In this document: piece after piece, positions 36,139 to 46,358 of the stretch
Layout: the number at the start of each line of letters is the position of its first letter
How positions within the stretch are numbered: position 1 is the first letter of the stretch
Origin: Longimicrobiales bacterium
GTDB taxonomy: Bacteria > Gemmatimonadota > Gemmatimonadetes > Longimicrobiales > Gaopeijiaceae
Length of the DNA stretch: 64,000 nucleotides
Reading direction: 5' to 3'
Assembly: GCA_965219445.1 (NCBI GenBank)
Contig: CBDCNQ010000003.1
Location: forward strand, 160,001 to 224,000
Translations under genes and position numbers: made by a program
The notes under the pieces: model-generated
What the model was told of the DNA's origin: nothing
What the model saw: the letters and a program-made list of their open reading frames with translations, nothing else
Database searches by the model: none

Positions 36139-37374
36139 ATGAAACGCACGCTCAATCTTCTCGTTGGCGTGGCCGTGGTCGCATTCATGGGCGCGTGCTC
36201 AACCGGTGAGGGGGCTATGGGAGCGAACGGTGAGGCTCCCATGTTCGCCGTGGATCCACTCTGGCCCCAGCCGCTCCCAAATCACTGGCTCCTGGGACCG
36301 ACGATCGGGGTGACCGTGGACTCGCGGGATCACATCTGGATTGTCCATCGGAACACGGAGAACCAGTTTGTCATGAACACGGAGATTGGCCTCGTGGCCG
36401 GGGTCAGTGAGTGCTGCCAGCCGGGTCCGCCGGTCATGGAGTTCGATCAGGAGGGTAATCTGATTTCCTCCTTCGGAGGGCCCAGCACCATGGGCGAGTA
36501 CGACTGGCCGTTGTCGAACCACGGGATCGAAATCGATAACATGGACAACATCTGGATCGGCGGGAACGGTGGAACCGACTCGCACGTCCTCAAGTTCTCT
36601 CGTGACGGCACGTTCTTGGCGCAATTCGGCCGGGCCGGTGCGCGTGTCACCGGTACAGACGAGGAAGGCGACCAGGTTCTGGAGCGCAACAGCAATGACC
36701 CCGTGAGCTTCGGCCGTGTGGCGAAGCTTTCCCTCGATGCCGAGGCCAACGAGTTGTTTTTGGCGGACGGGTACTTCAACAAGCGGGTCGTCGTCCTCGA
36801 TCCGGAGACCGGGGCTTTCAAGCGCTACTGGGGTGCCTACGGGAACAGGCCGAACGACGCGGAAGCCGCGACCACGCGCTACACGCCCGGCGAAACGCCC
36901 GCCCGGCAGTTCCGCGGTCCGGTGCACTGCGCCGAGCCCGCCAACGATGACCGGGTGTACGTCTGCGACCGTGCGGCAGACCGGATCCAGGTCTTCCAGA
37001 AGGACGGCACGTTCGTGCAAGAGGTGTTGATCTCTCCCGCCACGCTTTCCCAGGGCTCCACCTGGGACATCGCCTTCTCGCCGGACGAAGCACAAACCTA
37101 CCTCTACCTGGCCGACGGCCAGAACATGAAGGTCTACATCATCCTGCGTGAGAGCATGGAGATCCTGACGAGCTTCGGGGACGGCGGGCGCCAGCCAGGA
37201 CTGTTCTTCGCGGTGCACAGTATCGCCACCGACTCGGACGGAAACATCTACACCACCGAGACGTACGAAGGATCGCGCGTTCAGAAGTTCGTTTATCAGG
37301 GCATGGGCCCGATTCCGAGTGCGAACCAGGGTGCCCTTTGGCTGGGCGAGACACACACCTACGGTGGCATGTAA
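36139..37374 (+). CDS. NHL-like beta-propeller lipoprotein
   Basis: FMGAC lipobox; VDPLWPQPLPNHW, HGIEID, ADGYFNKRV, YVCDRAADRIQVF, HSIATDSDGNIYT. Confidence 0.82.
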   Translation: MKRTLNLLVGVAVVAFMGACSTGEGAMGANGEAPMFAVDPLWPQPLPNHWLLGPTIGVTVDSRDHIWIVHRNTENQFVMNTEIGLVAGVSECCQPGPPVMEFDQEGNLISSFGGPSTMGEYDWPLSNHGIEIDNMDNIWIGGNGGTDSHVLKFSRDGTFLAQFGRAGARVTGTDEEGDQVLERNSNDPVSFGRVAKLSLDAEANELFLADGYFNKRVVVLDPETGAFKRYWGAYGNRPNDAEAATTRYTPGETPARQFRGPVHCAEPANDDRVYVCDRAADRIQVFQKDGTFVQEVLISPATLSQGSTWDIAFSPDEAQTYLYLADGQNMKVYIILRESMEILTSFGDGGRQPGLFFAVHSIATDSDGNIYTTETYEGSRVQKFVYQGMGPIPSANQGALWLGETHTYGGM

Positions 37375-37516
37375 GCGCTGAAGTAGTCGGTGCTTTCGGG
37401 ACTCTCGAAGTAGGGTCCGACGTGAAGCCTCAATCAGACGGCCCTGTGTGCGCTCGCATGCAGGGCCGGTCTTCGGACATGAGTTACCTGTAACTCGAAG
37501 ATCTGAGAGGAGCGCC

Positions 37517-38188
37517 ATGACGAAGAAAAGAGTCTCTTACGTATTTGCGATTGCCACAGTGGTCGGCTCTTGCGCACCGTCGGCTGAGGACGCTCCGGCA
37601 GACGGGCTCATGGAACCCATAATGACCTTCTTCCTCACCAGCGCCGGTCCTGGTGATGGTGCCGCCCTGGGGGGCCTGGAGGGTGCCGACGCGTACTGCC
37701 AGTCCCTGGCCGCAGCCGTCGGCTTGGGCGGTGCGACGTGGCACGCCTACCTGAGCGCGACGGCCACGACCGATGCCGCGGCGGTCAACGCGCGGGACCG
37801 GATCGGGACCGGTCCATGGTACAACCACGCCCTCGTGCAAGTCGCGAGCGACGTCCCCAACCTCCACAGCGAGAGCAACAACCTCACGAAGGAGACCGTC
37901 CTCAATGAGCGGGGTGGCAGGACCAATGGCCGTGGCGACGATCCGAACCGGCACGACATCCTGACGGGGTCGCAGTTGGATGGCACGGTGGTCCCGGGCG
38001 ATGACGACACGACGTGCAACAATTGGACGAGCAATGGGGAGGGTAGTGCGATGGTCGGTCACTTCGACCGTACCGGTGGCGGCGCGAATCCAACCTCCTG
38101 GAACTCCGCCCACCCCAGCAGCGGCTGCAGCCAGGAGGATCTGCAGGGGACGGGAGGTGACGGACTGTTCTACTGCTTCGTGATATAG
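37517..38188 (+). CDS. Uncharacterised lipoprotein, paralog of 6308..6982
   Basis: FFLTSAGPGDGAALGGLEGADAYCQSLA..NARDRIGTGPW..HDILTGS..GLFYCF. Confidence 0.8.
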   Translation: MTKKRVSYVFAIATVVGSCAPSAEDAPADGLMEPIMTFFLTSAGPGDGAALGGLEGADAYCQSLAAAVGLGGATWHAYLSATATTDAAAVNARDRIGTGPWYNHALVQVASDVPNLHSESNNLTKETVLNERGGRTNGRGDDPNRHDILTGSQLDGTVVPGDDDTTCNNWTSNGEGSAMVGHFDRTGGGANPTSWNSAHPSSGCSQEDLQGTGGDGLFYCFVI

Positions 38189-38284
38189 GGGTCTGCAAAG
38201 CGATCGTTGTCCACGCGGTTCATGCGGCGCTCGACCGGAAACTTTGAAGGAGTGTGGCCGATCCGGCGAGCCAGTAATGTGCGT

Positions 38285-40405
38285 TCAGGCCGGCTGAGAC
38301 TCCTCCGCCGGTCTGCGACTCGAGGCTTCCACACCGAGCGGGAGCGTTACCAGTGCCATGGTGGCGGCCGTAATCGTGCCCAAGATCACGGCGAATCCGA
38401 AACGGCGGGTGGGTGGAAACGTCGACAACCCGAAGATCCCGAATCCGACGCATATGAGGAGCGTAGCGGCGAGTACTGGCCCCTTGACCTGGGCCTGGGC
38501 CCGGGACCAACTCTCCAGGGCAGCCAGGCCATCATCGCGAAGGTGCCGGACCCGCACCACCAGATGAATCATCGAGTCGACGCCCATGGCCAGAGCGACG
38601 TTCGCCGCCGGCGACGTGATGATGTCCACCGCCACGCCCACATGGCCGAAAGTCCCCAGGACCACGAGCGGGACGCCACCGAGGCACATTACCATGATCA
38701 CGGCCACTCTCGCGGAACGAGAAACAACCAGGGAAACACCCACGAAGAGGAGCAGTAGCCCCCCGAGACCGATCCTTAGACTCGACGCGATCAACCGACC
38801 GAGTTGCGCCTGGAGGTTGTATAGTCCCCCCATCTGTACCGGCTCGAGGCCCGACTCGTTGGCGTATCCTTCGAGTCGATCCATGACTTCGTACCGAGAG
38901 CGCTCCTGCACCGATTCCTTCATACGGAGGAAAAAGAGGCCCTCGTCCCGTTCCAGGGTCACGAAGCTCAAGGCGATCCGATCCAGCCTCGGCGACTCGG
39001 CAATACTCAGGAGCGCGCCAAGGCTCAAGAAATTCGCTAACGGAAGTGTCCTCGCATGCCCCAGCAGCACGGCCGGCGATAGGACTGTGCCTACTGCCGA
39101 ATCCGCCTCCAGGGCCTCCTGGAAGCTCCACATACGTTCATAGACCTCGTCTTCATCGAGACCTGCGCCGGCGGCGTCCCGGATCGCGATGTTGAGCGTA
39201 CTGCTCCCTCCGTCCCGATCGATGCGCTCGAGCCCACCACGGAGCTCGGAGCCCTCCGCGAAGTACGTGAGGAGACCCGGGTCGGTATCGAGCTTTGGAA
39301 GACCGCCCCCCAGAAGGAGGACGACGAGTACGATGGCGGCCAATACACGTGACGGCCGGACAGAGATCGGCGACGCCGCGGTGGACGGCCCCTCCACGGC
39401 TACGGTTCGCTCCGCTCCACGGCCCAAGAAGGTGGGGTAAATGGTATACGCGACGGTGAGAGCGGTCGCCGCGCCGATCGCACCGGCGATTCCCAACTCC
39501 CTCAAGGGCCGAGCCGTAGCGACCAACAGGCTCAGGAATCCCATGAGCGTCGTAGCCATGGACCAGAATGAGGCTTCGAGCGTCAGCGACACGGCCCGAG
39601 CCACTCGCTGATCCGGCGCCACTGCAAGGGTCCCTGCCCGCCTCCAGTTCGCTGTCAGAAAGACGATATGTGACAGTGTCAGCACGAAGACGATCGTGAT
39701 GAGGTTGGCGGTGAGCAGGCCGATCTCGACTCCCATCGCGCGGGTGAGGAGCAGCGTGACCGCGCATGCGGTTACGCAGGTCGTCAGTGCACCCGCGACG
39801 ATCCCTGCGTTTCTATAGATCAGCGCCGCGAGTAGACCGTACAGGAGAAACGAAACCGCACTGAAGACCACGAGATCACGGAAGAGGTTTCGTCGGATCT
39901 GCTCGACGATGACCGGCACTCCGGACAGGACCACATCCAAGCTGGGCGCGCGGAGTCGCTCGACCACGTCCTCTAAGCGAGGGAGCAGAAGTGCCGGGTC
40001 TGTCGCGTCCACACTCAGGACGAGGTTGGTGGCCGCGTCGTCCGGCGTCAGTAGGATTCGGCTGAAGAGGGGACTCCGCGCAGGGTCATCGGTCGCGAGC
40101 GAGCGCACTCCCGTCACACCCTCCACCTCCAGGAACGCCTCCGTGAGCTCCCCGATCCGCTCACGGTATGCTACGGGATCCCCCGCCCTGTCCTCCGCCC
40201 GCACGACCACCTGGGCCCGTCCCGGATACCGTTGGTCCAACTCCAGAGACGCCTGGATTTGGGGGTCGTCCCTTGAGAAGAAAAAGTCACTTTCCACCCT
40301 CGGAGACAGATCCACCCAAACCCCCGCGGCCCCGAGTCCCACGGCCGCAACGGCCATTGAGAGCCAGTGAGCCCTTGGATGAGTCCACGCCGGACGGAAC
40401 ATCAA
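38285..40405 (-). CDS. MMPL/RND-family transporter
   Basis: Two repeats of periplasmic loop plus TM bundle; ALAMGVDSMIH, FPPTRRFG. Confidence 0.88.
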   Translation of the reverse strand: MMFRPAWTHPRAHWLSMAVAAVGLGAAGVWVDLSPRVESDFFFSRDDPQIQASLELDQRYPGRAQVVVRAEDRAGDPVAYRERIGELTEAFLEVEGVTGVRSLATDDPARSPLFSRILLTPDDAATNLVLSVDATDPALLLPRLEDVVERLRAPSLDVVLSGVPVIVEQIRRNLFRDLVVFSAVSFLLYGLLAALIYRNAGIVAGALTTCVTACAVTLLLTRAMGVEIGLLTANLITIVFVLTLSHIVFLTANWRRAGTLAVAPDQRVARAVSLTLEASFWSMATTLMGFLSLLVATARPLRELGIAGAIGAATALTVAYTIYPTFLGRGAERTVAVEGPSTAASPISVRPSRVLAAIVLVVLLLGGGLPKLDTDPGLLTYFAEGSELRGGLERIDRDGGSSTLNIAIRDAAGAGLDEDEVYERMWSFQEALEADSAVGTVLSPAVLLGHARTLPLANFLSLGALLSIAESPRLDRIALSFVTLERDEGLFFLRMKESVQERSRYEVMDRLEGYANESGLEPVQMGGLYNLQAQLGRLIASSLRIGLGGLLLLFVGVSLVVSRSARVAVIMVMCLGGVPLVVLGTFGHVGVAVDIITSPAANVALAMGVDSMIHLVVRVRHLRDDGLAALESWSRAQAQVKGPVLAATLLICVGFGIFGLSTFPPTRRFGFAVILGTITAATMALVTLPLGVEASSRRPAEESQPA

Positions 40406-40515
40406 AGCCCCCCTGCGGTCGAAGAAGCTGTCGAAGAAGCCAAGGAAGACCCCAAGGGAAGTTCGAAGGAAGATCCCAACAGGGAAGACCGCAAGATGGA
40501 AAAGGGAGCGATCAA

Positions 40516-40959
40516 GTGAGATCCAGGTGCGTCATATTCGTCTTCTGTTTGATGTTTTCACTGGCTACCGACTCCGCTCGTGCCCAGGAGACGGGTGTAC
40601 GGGCCGCCGTTTCGGAGACTCTGGCGGCGTTGGTCACGAACGAATTCACGACCTTCGTCAACTTCTTCCACGACGACGCACGTGGGTTCTTCGTCGACGG
40701 CTCCACCATGATCGAGGGGTTCAGCGCAATGGCCTTTCGCGCTGCGTACCTCGCGGGTCTTCGAACGAACGTCGTGATGAGTAACCTGAAAGTGAGCGTT
40801 TACGGTAACACTGCCGTGTCCGGCGCACTTCTGGGAGGATCGGTCACGCTGCCCGGAGGAGCAGTGAGGGAGGGAACCTGGCGATACTCGGACACACGGG
40901 TCCTGGAGGGGGGGACGTGGAAGATCGTCCAGTATCACATTTCCCAGCTTGCAGAGTGA
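40516..40959 (+). CDS. NTF2-like (SnoaL/DUF4440) secreted protein
   Basis: KVSVYGNTAV..GTWKIVQYHIS. Confidence 0.75.
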   Translation: MRSRCVIFVFCLMFSLATDSARAQETGVRAAVSETLAALVTNEFTTFVNFFHDDARGFFVDGSTMIEGFSAMAFRAAYLAGLRTNVVMSNLKVSVYGNTAVSGALLGGSVTLPGGAVREGTWRYSDTRVLEGGTWKIVQYHISQLAE

Positions 40960-41053
40960 GCAGTAACTGGACCACGTCTCGGTTCCGTGAAGTCGATCCA
41001 ACGGCGTATGATGACGGGCTCTTCTTGCTCTGGGGTGGCGAAAAGAGAATTAA

Positions 41054-41614
41054 CTAATCGTCAGAGTCGAGCCCCGTCAAAACCGCCGCTTCGATGTCTT
41101 GGTCGGCTCCAGACCCCGTGTAGACGACCGTGCCTTCCGCGTCCAGCACAACGATGTAGGACGTCCCAGGAGCTAGGAAGGCACGCACGGCTCTGCCTCC
41201 ATCATCCCAAAGCACAGGGAACCCCATCGGCTCCCCCTCGAGGTGCCTCAGGACCGATCGCTGGGATTGGGCGACCGCGACCGCAACCGCAACGAACTCG
41301 ACCCTATCTTCGTAACGAGAGTGCACGTCCTCGATCTGTGGGTACAGAGCCGCGCAGAGCTCGCACCAGCGTGCCCAGAATTCGATGAGAACCGGACGTT
41401 CTCCCACAAACTGTGTGAGGCTGACCTTGTTGCCTTGCAGATCCTCGATTTCCACCAGCTCGGGTCTCTCACCCAAAGCGATCCCCAGTTCGCCGCGCTC
41501 CTGCGCGGACACGGCAACGGGTGCGAGCGTACCCGAAAAAAGTATGGCTGCGCTCACGAGATACGGGACGCCCCCAGGGCGACGCCAATCACGGAATCGG
41601 TCGTCAGTCTTCAC
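41054..41614 (-). CDS. TlpA/ResA-family thiol-disulfide oxidoreductase
   Basis: EFWARWCELC CxxC motif; GTGA overlap with the ccdA-like gene. Confidence 0.85.
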   Translation of the reverse strand: MKTDDRFRDWRRPGGVPYLVSAAILFSGTLAPVAVSAQERGELGIALGERPELVEIEDLQGNKVSLTQFVGERPVLIEFWARWCELCAALYPQIEDVHSRYEDRVEFVAVAVAVAQSQRSVLRHLEGEPMGFPVLWDDGGRAVRAFLAPGTSYIVVLDAEGTVVYTGSGADQDIEAAVLTGLDSDD

Positions 41615-42330
41615 AATACCATCCCCACCTGAACGAAGTAATATTGAGCCATCAATAGCATAATCACCGCAGCACCCTTTTTGATCCACACCATCCATCG
41701 GCCCGCAGCGGGCAACGCCGCCCCTAAGCCGGAAAAGAGGCCCACAGCAACGAGTAAAGCGGTCATCCCGAAGGAGAAGACGAACAAATAAAGAAACCCC
41801 ATCGCGCCAGCTTGGGTCGCGGCTACCCATGTCAGTACCACAGCAAACGCCGGGGCGCCGCAGGGGGCCGCAACTACGCCCGACGCGGCTCCGAGGACGA
41901 ACACGGACGGGTACGACCCACCCTTCGCGGTCCCGGCCCACTGCATGAGCCGTTGCGGTACGGGCACCGGAATGACGTCGAACATGGCCAATCCGAATAC
42001 CAGGAGCAGATTGCCGATCGCGAATCGGGTCCATGGGCTCGCGCTCACCGTGCCGAACAGGCTCCCCGTGAGGCCCGCCACCAGCCCGAGCGTTGCATAG
42101 AGCAACGCCAGTCCGAGAGCATACGTAAACGTCAGCCCGACCACCCTGGACCGGGGGGCCCCGTGATCCGCAGATCCCGCAAGCACCGAGGCCGTAATCG
42201 GGATCATCGGATAGACGCAGGGTGTCAGGCTCGTCACCAATCCCGCTCCGAACAGCGTTGCGAGAGCGAGTAGCGGGTTTTGGGCCAACACTTCGGAAAG
42301 GCCAGTGCCCTCGAGCATCTGAGTGAGCAT
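41611..42330 (-). CDS. CcdA/DsbD transmembrane electron transporter
   Basis: SLTPCVYPMIP and AAPCGAP motifs. Confidence 0.9.
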   Translation of the reverse strand: MLTQMLEGTGLSEVLAQNPLLALATLFGAGLVTSLTPCVYPMIPITASVLAGSADHGAPRSRVVGLTFTYALGLALLYATLGLVAGLTGSLFGTVSASPWTRFAIGNLLLVFGLAMFDVIPVPVPQRLMQWAGTAKGGSYPSVFVLGAASGVVAAPCGAPAFAVVLTWVAATQAGAMGFLYLFVFSFGMTALLVAVGLFSGLGAALPAAGRWMVWIKKGAAVIMLLMAQYYFVQVGMVL

Positions 42331-42577
42331 AGCAGCATCTTAGCCGACGAATGTGGAACTTCAAGGCACGTGGAAACGCCTCCGACCGCCCCCGGTTCTC
42401 ACCAAGGTTACGTCGGGGAAGCGGTCCCTTTCTTACGCGGAATACGCGGTGGAAGGGCCCGGTGCCCCAGGGGTCTCTTGGTTTTGATTGAACCGACGTG
42501 GCGAGGTGCATTATTCTAGACATCAGGCTCACGCCTCGTTGTACCCTCTTGAAAATAAGATCCTAAGGACTCCTCCA

Positions 42578-43825
42578 GTGCGGCGTTACCTTCCCTCGAA
42601 GCACATTCTCCTAGGCCTTGCTCTGTCTTCACTCCTGCCGAGTTGTGGTGACGGAGGTACGGACCCGTCCAAACAAATCGACGTAACCATCATATCCGGG
42701 GATGGGCAATCCGCCGCTGTCGGAGGCACCCTACCACAGGACCTCGTGGTGCGGTCCTCCGACGTCGATGGAAACGCGGTGGGGAACGTGGACTTACTCT
42801 TCAGCGTGGTGCAGGGGGGAGGCTCCTTGGGTACGACAGCCGTGACGACGAACGCCCAGGGAACGGCATCATCCACATGGACCCTGGGGTTGCAGGAGGG
42901 GACGCAGCAAGTCGAGGTCTCCGCCGTGGTGAACTCCGGGGCCAACGCTACCTTTTCGGCGGTGGCGACAGATTTTAGGATCGAACTCGTGTTCATCAAC
43001 CACGGCACGCCAAGCCAAGACTCCGCGTTCATTGTTGCCGCAGACCGATGGATGAGTATCCTGGAGGGTGAACTCAGCGACATCGATTTCTCGGCCAATC
43101 CCGTGACCGCCGGTGGGTGCACTCCGGGTCAACCAGCGATTTCCGACACGGTCGATGACATCCGAATCTTCGTCGACATCAAGCTAATAGATGGGGTTGG
43201 GGGAACGCTCGGCCAGGCCGGACCTTGCCGGATTCGAAGCATCACTGGGTTACCGGCGATCGGATTCATGGTTTTCGATTTTGTCGACGTGGCTGGGTTG
43301 GAGGCGACTGGTGATCTCGTGGATGTGACCCTCCACGAGATGGCGCACGTCTTGGGATTCGGAACCCTATGGAGCAGCTTCGATACGCTTCTCGTCAACC
43401 CCTCCCTACCCTCCAACCTCGGCGCTGACACACACTTCTTAGGGGCTGCCGCGATAGCCGCCTTCGACGCTGCAGGAGGCACGGCGTACACAGGAGGCGC
43501 GAAGGTCCCGGTCGAGAATCAGCTCCCTGTAGGCTCCTCCGACTCCCATTGGCGAGAGTTGGTTCTAGGGCTCGAGCTGATGACCCCGGTGCTCGCCCCA
43601 GGCGTCACCAATCCCCTGAGCGCGATCACCATCGAGTCCCTGGTCGACCTCGGATACAGTGTGGACAATTCACAAGCGGACCCCTTCACCGAAACGTTTT
43701 CGGCCCCGGCCCGCCTGACCGCCCCCGGCAGAGGAGTCATCCATCTCGAGAACGATATATACCGGGGCCCCCTCCAGGTGGTGGATCGATCCGGTAACGT
43801 GATCAAAACGATTCTCCGGCGATGA
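42578..43825 (+). CDS. Lipoprotein with Ig-like domain and leishmanolysin-like (M8) Zn peptidase
   Basis: LLPSC lipobox, ISGDGQSA Ig-like domain, LHEMAHVLGFG, SHWRE, ELMTP. Confidence 0.85.
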   Translation: MRRYLPSKHILLGLALSSLLPSCGDGGTDPSKQIDVTIISGDGQSAAVGGTLPQDLVVRSSDVDGNAVGNVDLLFSVVQGGGSLGTTAVTTNAQGTASSTWTLGLQEGTQQVEVSAVVNSGANATFSAVATDFRIELVFINHGTPSQDSAFIVAADRWMSILEGELSDIDFSANPVTAGGCTPGQPAISDTVDDIRIFVDIKLIDGVGGTLGQAGPCRIRSITGLPAIGFMVFDFVDVAGLEATGDLVDVTLHEMAHVLGFGTLWSSFDTLLVNPSLPSNLGADTHFLGAAAIAAFDAAGGTAYTGGAKVPVENQLPVGSSDSHWRELVLGLELMTPVLAPGVTNPLSAITIESLVDLGYSVDNSQADPFTETFSAPARLTAPGRGVIHLENDIYRGPLQVVDRSGNVIKTILRR

Positions 43826-43832
43826 AGATGCC

Positions 43833-44681
43833 ATGGGTTTGAGACCGAAGGCGGCCGCGTTGAGACCGAGTGGGCCTGTGGCGAGACCCGGAACGGCTAC
43901 CTGGCCCCCGCAGCGGGCAGCGAGATGGGTTATGGCCCTCCTCATGTTCGCCGGATGCTCACCCGCCGATGGCGACAGGCCGCCGCCAGCAGCAGAAGCC
44001 GCAGCGGAAGGGTCGACGGACAGGGCTGACGCGAACCAAGGGCCTCCTGTAGGGGACGCGCCGTCAGGCGTCGGAACGGCAGGCGCGGGAGGGGGCCAGG
44101 CTCAAGGTAGAGCGGCTACCGCCACCGTGACGGTGGGCGGGGAGGGGGCTCAAGCACCTGCATGTGTCCCGCCCGGAGGGCCCGTGGCGGGCGATGCTTC
44201 GCTGGAGGGCCGGGCGGGTGAGTACCGCCTGACGATGGTCGAGGAAGTCGACGGCAGCCCTTCCCGGACGGTGGAAGGTCCCCTCACACTCCTCCCCCAA
44301 GTGGAGTCCCTCCGTCAATTCACCAGGAGCGCGGGGGGCTCCATTCCGGGCGTGAGCTCTCCCCTGTACGGAAGCACGGATGTGAACGTGGAGGACGTAG
44401 GAGCCGTGCGGGTAGGCAGCCTTTCCAGCGAAGACCCAGAGTCTCCGGGGGTCTTGGTCATCGAGAGCGAAACTGGCGCGAGTCCGAGCATCCTACTCCG
44501 GTTGGGATCGGACGCCAACCGCCGGGACCTCATCCGCTTCGATGGGGGTTACGCCGTCCTGACCGTCGTCGAAATCACCGCAGAGTCGTTCAGTGGAACC
44601 TGGTCGAGCGGAGTGCGGGGTCCTGCCTCGGAAGGGCTTCTTCTGCGCGACGCCGAGCCGTTGATGTTCGGTGGCCCCTAG
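43833..44681 (+). CDS. Hypothetical lipoprotein (start uncertain, possible frameshift near the end)
   Basis: LMFAGC lipobox; coding-like composition. Confidence 0.6.
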   Translation: MGLRPKAAALRPSGPVARPGTATWPPQRAARWVMALLMFAGCSPADGDRPPPAAEAAAEGSTDRADANQGPPVGDAPSGVGTAGAGGGQAQGRAATATVTVGGEGAQAPACVPPGGPVAGDASLEGRAGEYRLTMVEEVDGSPSRTVEGPLTLLPQVESLRQFTRSAGGSIPGVSSPLYGSTDVNVEDVGAVRVGSLSSEDPESPGVLVIESETGASPSILLRLGSDANRRDLIRFDGGYAVLTVVEITAESFSGTWSSGVRGPASEGLLLRDAEPLMFGGP

Positions 44682-44823
44682 AAACCCTTTGCGTAATCCC
44701 ACCGTATAGGATGGAGCATGAACACGACAACTCGCCCGGGAGTAGTTGACCTCTATGATGACGATTATCCGAAGGATTGTTCGCGTGGTCCTGAGCTGGA
44801 TTCTCAAGAAGATCTAGTCCCAC

Positions 44824-45246
44824 TCAATCCCCGACGAGATTGACGACCACGCGGCGCTTTCGGGGCTGGGTGTCGAGATCGACGAGGACCACTTGCTGCC
44901 AGGTTCCGAGCGGGAGGGCCCCGTCCACGATGGGGAGAGCGAGCGAGGGGCCGATCAGGCTCGCGCGAACATGGCTGTGCCCATTGTCGTCGTGCCACAT
45001 CTTCTCATGCTCATACGTACCGGACCGGGGAGCGATGCGCTCGAGGGCAGCCGCGATATCGTGACCCACGAGGCCCGGTTCGAACTCCACGGTGGTGAGC
45101 GCCGCCGTCGATCCTACGACCATGGCCGTGAGTTGTCCGACGCCGATGCCACTCTCGTACACGAGGGTCTGCAAGTCGGCCGTTAGATCCAGAATGTGGT
45201 CGTCCCCTTCCGTACGGCGTTCCAGCGTATGCGTGAGGACCGTCAT
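44824..45246 (-). CDS. yjbQ: YjbQ/UPF0047 family protein
   Basis: GSTAALTTVEFEPGL, NGHSHVRASL, LGTWQQ. Confidence 0.9.
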   Translation of the reverse strand: MTVLTHTLERRTEGDDHILDLTADLQTLVYESGIGVGQLTAMVVGSTAALTTVEFEPGLVGHDIAAALERIAPRSGTYEHEKMWHDDNGHSHVRASLIGPSLALPIVDGALPLGTWQQVVLVDLDTQPRKRRVVVNLVGD

Positions 45247-45267
45247 ACCGCCGTCAGTTTGCGGACA

Positions 45268-45474
45268 TCAGTGGACCTCCGCTCGATACCCGGCCGCCTC
45301 GACGGCCGCGATCAGATCCGAGTCGACGACTGGGTCCGACAGCGTCAGCTCTGCCTGGTGGTTCTCTAGCGAGACGTCCGCCCGAGACACGCCCTCAACA
45401 TCCTCTAAGGCAGACTTCACGTGGCTCACGCAGTGATCGCAGGACATTCCGGATATTTCCAACTTCTTGGTCAT
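45268..45474 (-). CDS. Heavy-metal-associated (CopZ-like) chaperone
   Basis: GMSCDHC motif, AVEAAGY. Confidence 0.9.
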   Translation of the reverse strand: MTKKLEISGMSCDHCVSHVKSALEDVEGVSRADVSLENHQAELTLSDPVVDSDLIAAVEAAGYRAEVH

Positions 45475-45560
45475 GGCTCCTCGCTCCCCGTCGTTTTCGC
45501 TTCCGACGATGACGGCTAAAGTAGTACCCACGGAGGTGGATACCCAACCCTCGCGCCCGG

Positions 45561-46358
45561 GTGGCTCTCAGCCCTGCACAAAAGTCCCTGCTCATGAATT
45601 CTCCCCTTGCTCTTTGCCTGGCAGCTGGTGGCGGCCTCAGCCTCCTCGTGGGCGGATGGTATTTGACGCTAGCCAGCAGAGAGATGGGGGCCTCCCGGCG
45701 TTCAGCCCTTCGCGTCTTCGGAGCTGCGTGCCTCGTCACTGCCGGCCAGGAATACGCTGCGCTCGGTGTCTATAGGGCCGTCGATCTCGACACCTACGTT
45801 GGAGCGGTTCGTCTGCATACGGTCTTCGCGCTCACGGCACCCGTCGCGATCGTATGGTTTGTCGCGCTATACACGGGGATGAAGGCACGTTGGCTCTTGT
45901 GGATCTACACCGGCGCCGCGGCCACCGTGATCTTGGTGAATCTGGCTTCTCCCACCACGATGCATTTCAGCGACGTGCTCGACGTAGTTGGAGTCGCACT
46001 TCCATGGGGAGAGCGGCTCGCCCAGGCGACCGCGATTCCTTCTCGGTGGCCGCCATTTGCGGACTATCTGATCGGGCTGTTTTGCGCCCTGTGCGTCTTC
46101 GCTCTTTGGTCAGCTTCCGGCCGCAGCACACTGGGCTGGAGCAAGCCGCTCGAGGCCGGACTCGCCGTTCTCGTCGCCACGATCGCCATAGAGCTGCTCG
46201 ATCCGCGGCGGGTGTCGGCCCTACCCGTGGACGAGTTTGGATTTCTGGCATTCGTGATTGTGGTGGGATTCGGGCTGCGCCGCAGCCCGGCCTCGGGGAT
46301 GGCCCCTGCCGGCGACGAGACCGGTCATTCTCCTAAGAAGGCCAAAGCCACCAGCTGA
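45561..46358 (+). CDS. Multi-TM membrane protein resembling a stand-alone sensor input domain
   Basis: About seven hydrophobic segments, LPWGE motif; no cytoplasmic output domain. Confidence 0.55.
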   Translation: MALSPAQKSLLMNSPLALCLAAGGGLSLLVGGWYLTLASREMGASRRSALRVFGAACLVTAGQEYAALGVYRAVDLDTYVGAVRLHTVFALTAPVAIVWFVALYTGMKARWLLWIYTGAAATVILVNLASPTTMHFSDVLDVVGVALPWGERLAQATAIPSRWPPFADYLIGLFCALCVFALWSASGRSTLGWSKPLEAGLAVLVATIAIELLDPRRVSALPVDEFGFLAFVIVVGFGLRRSPASGMAPAGDETGHSPKKAKATS

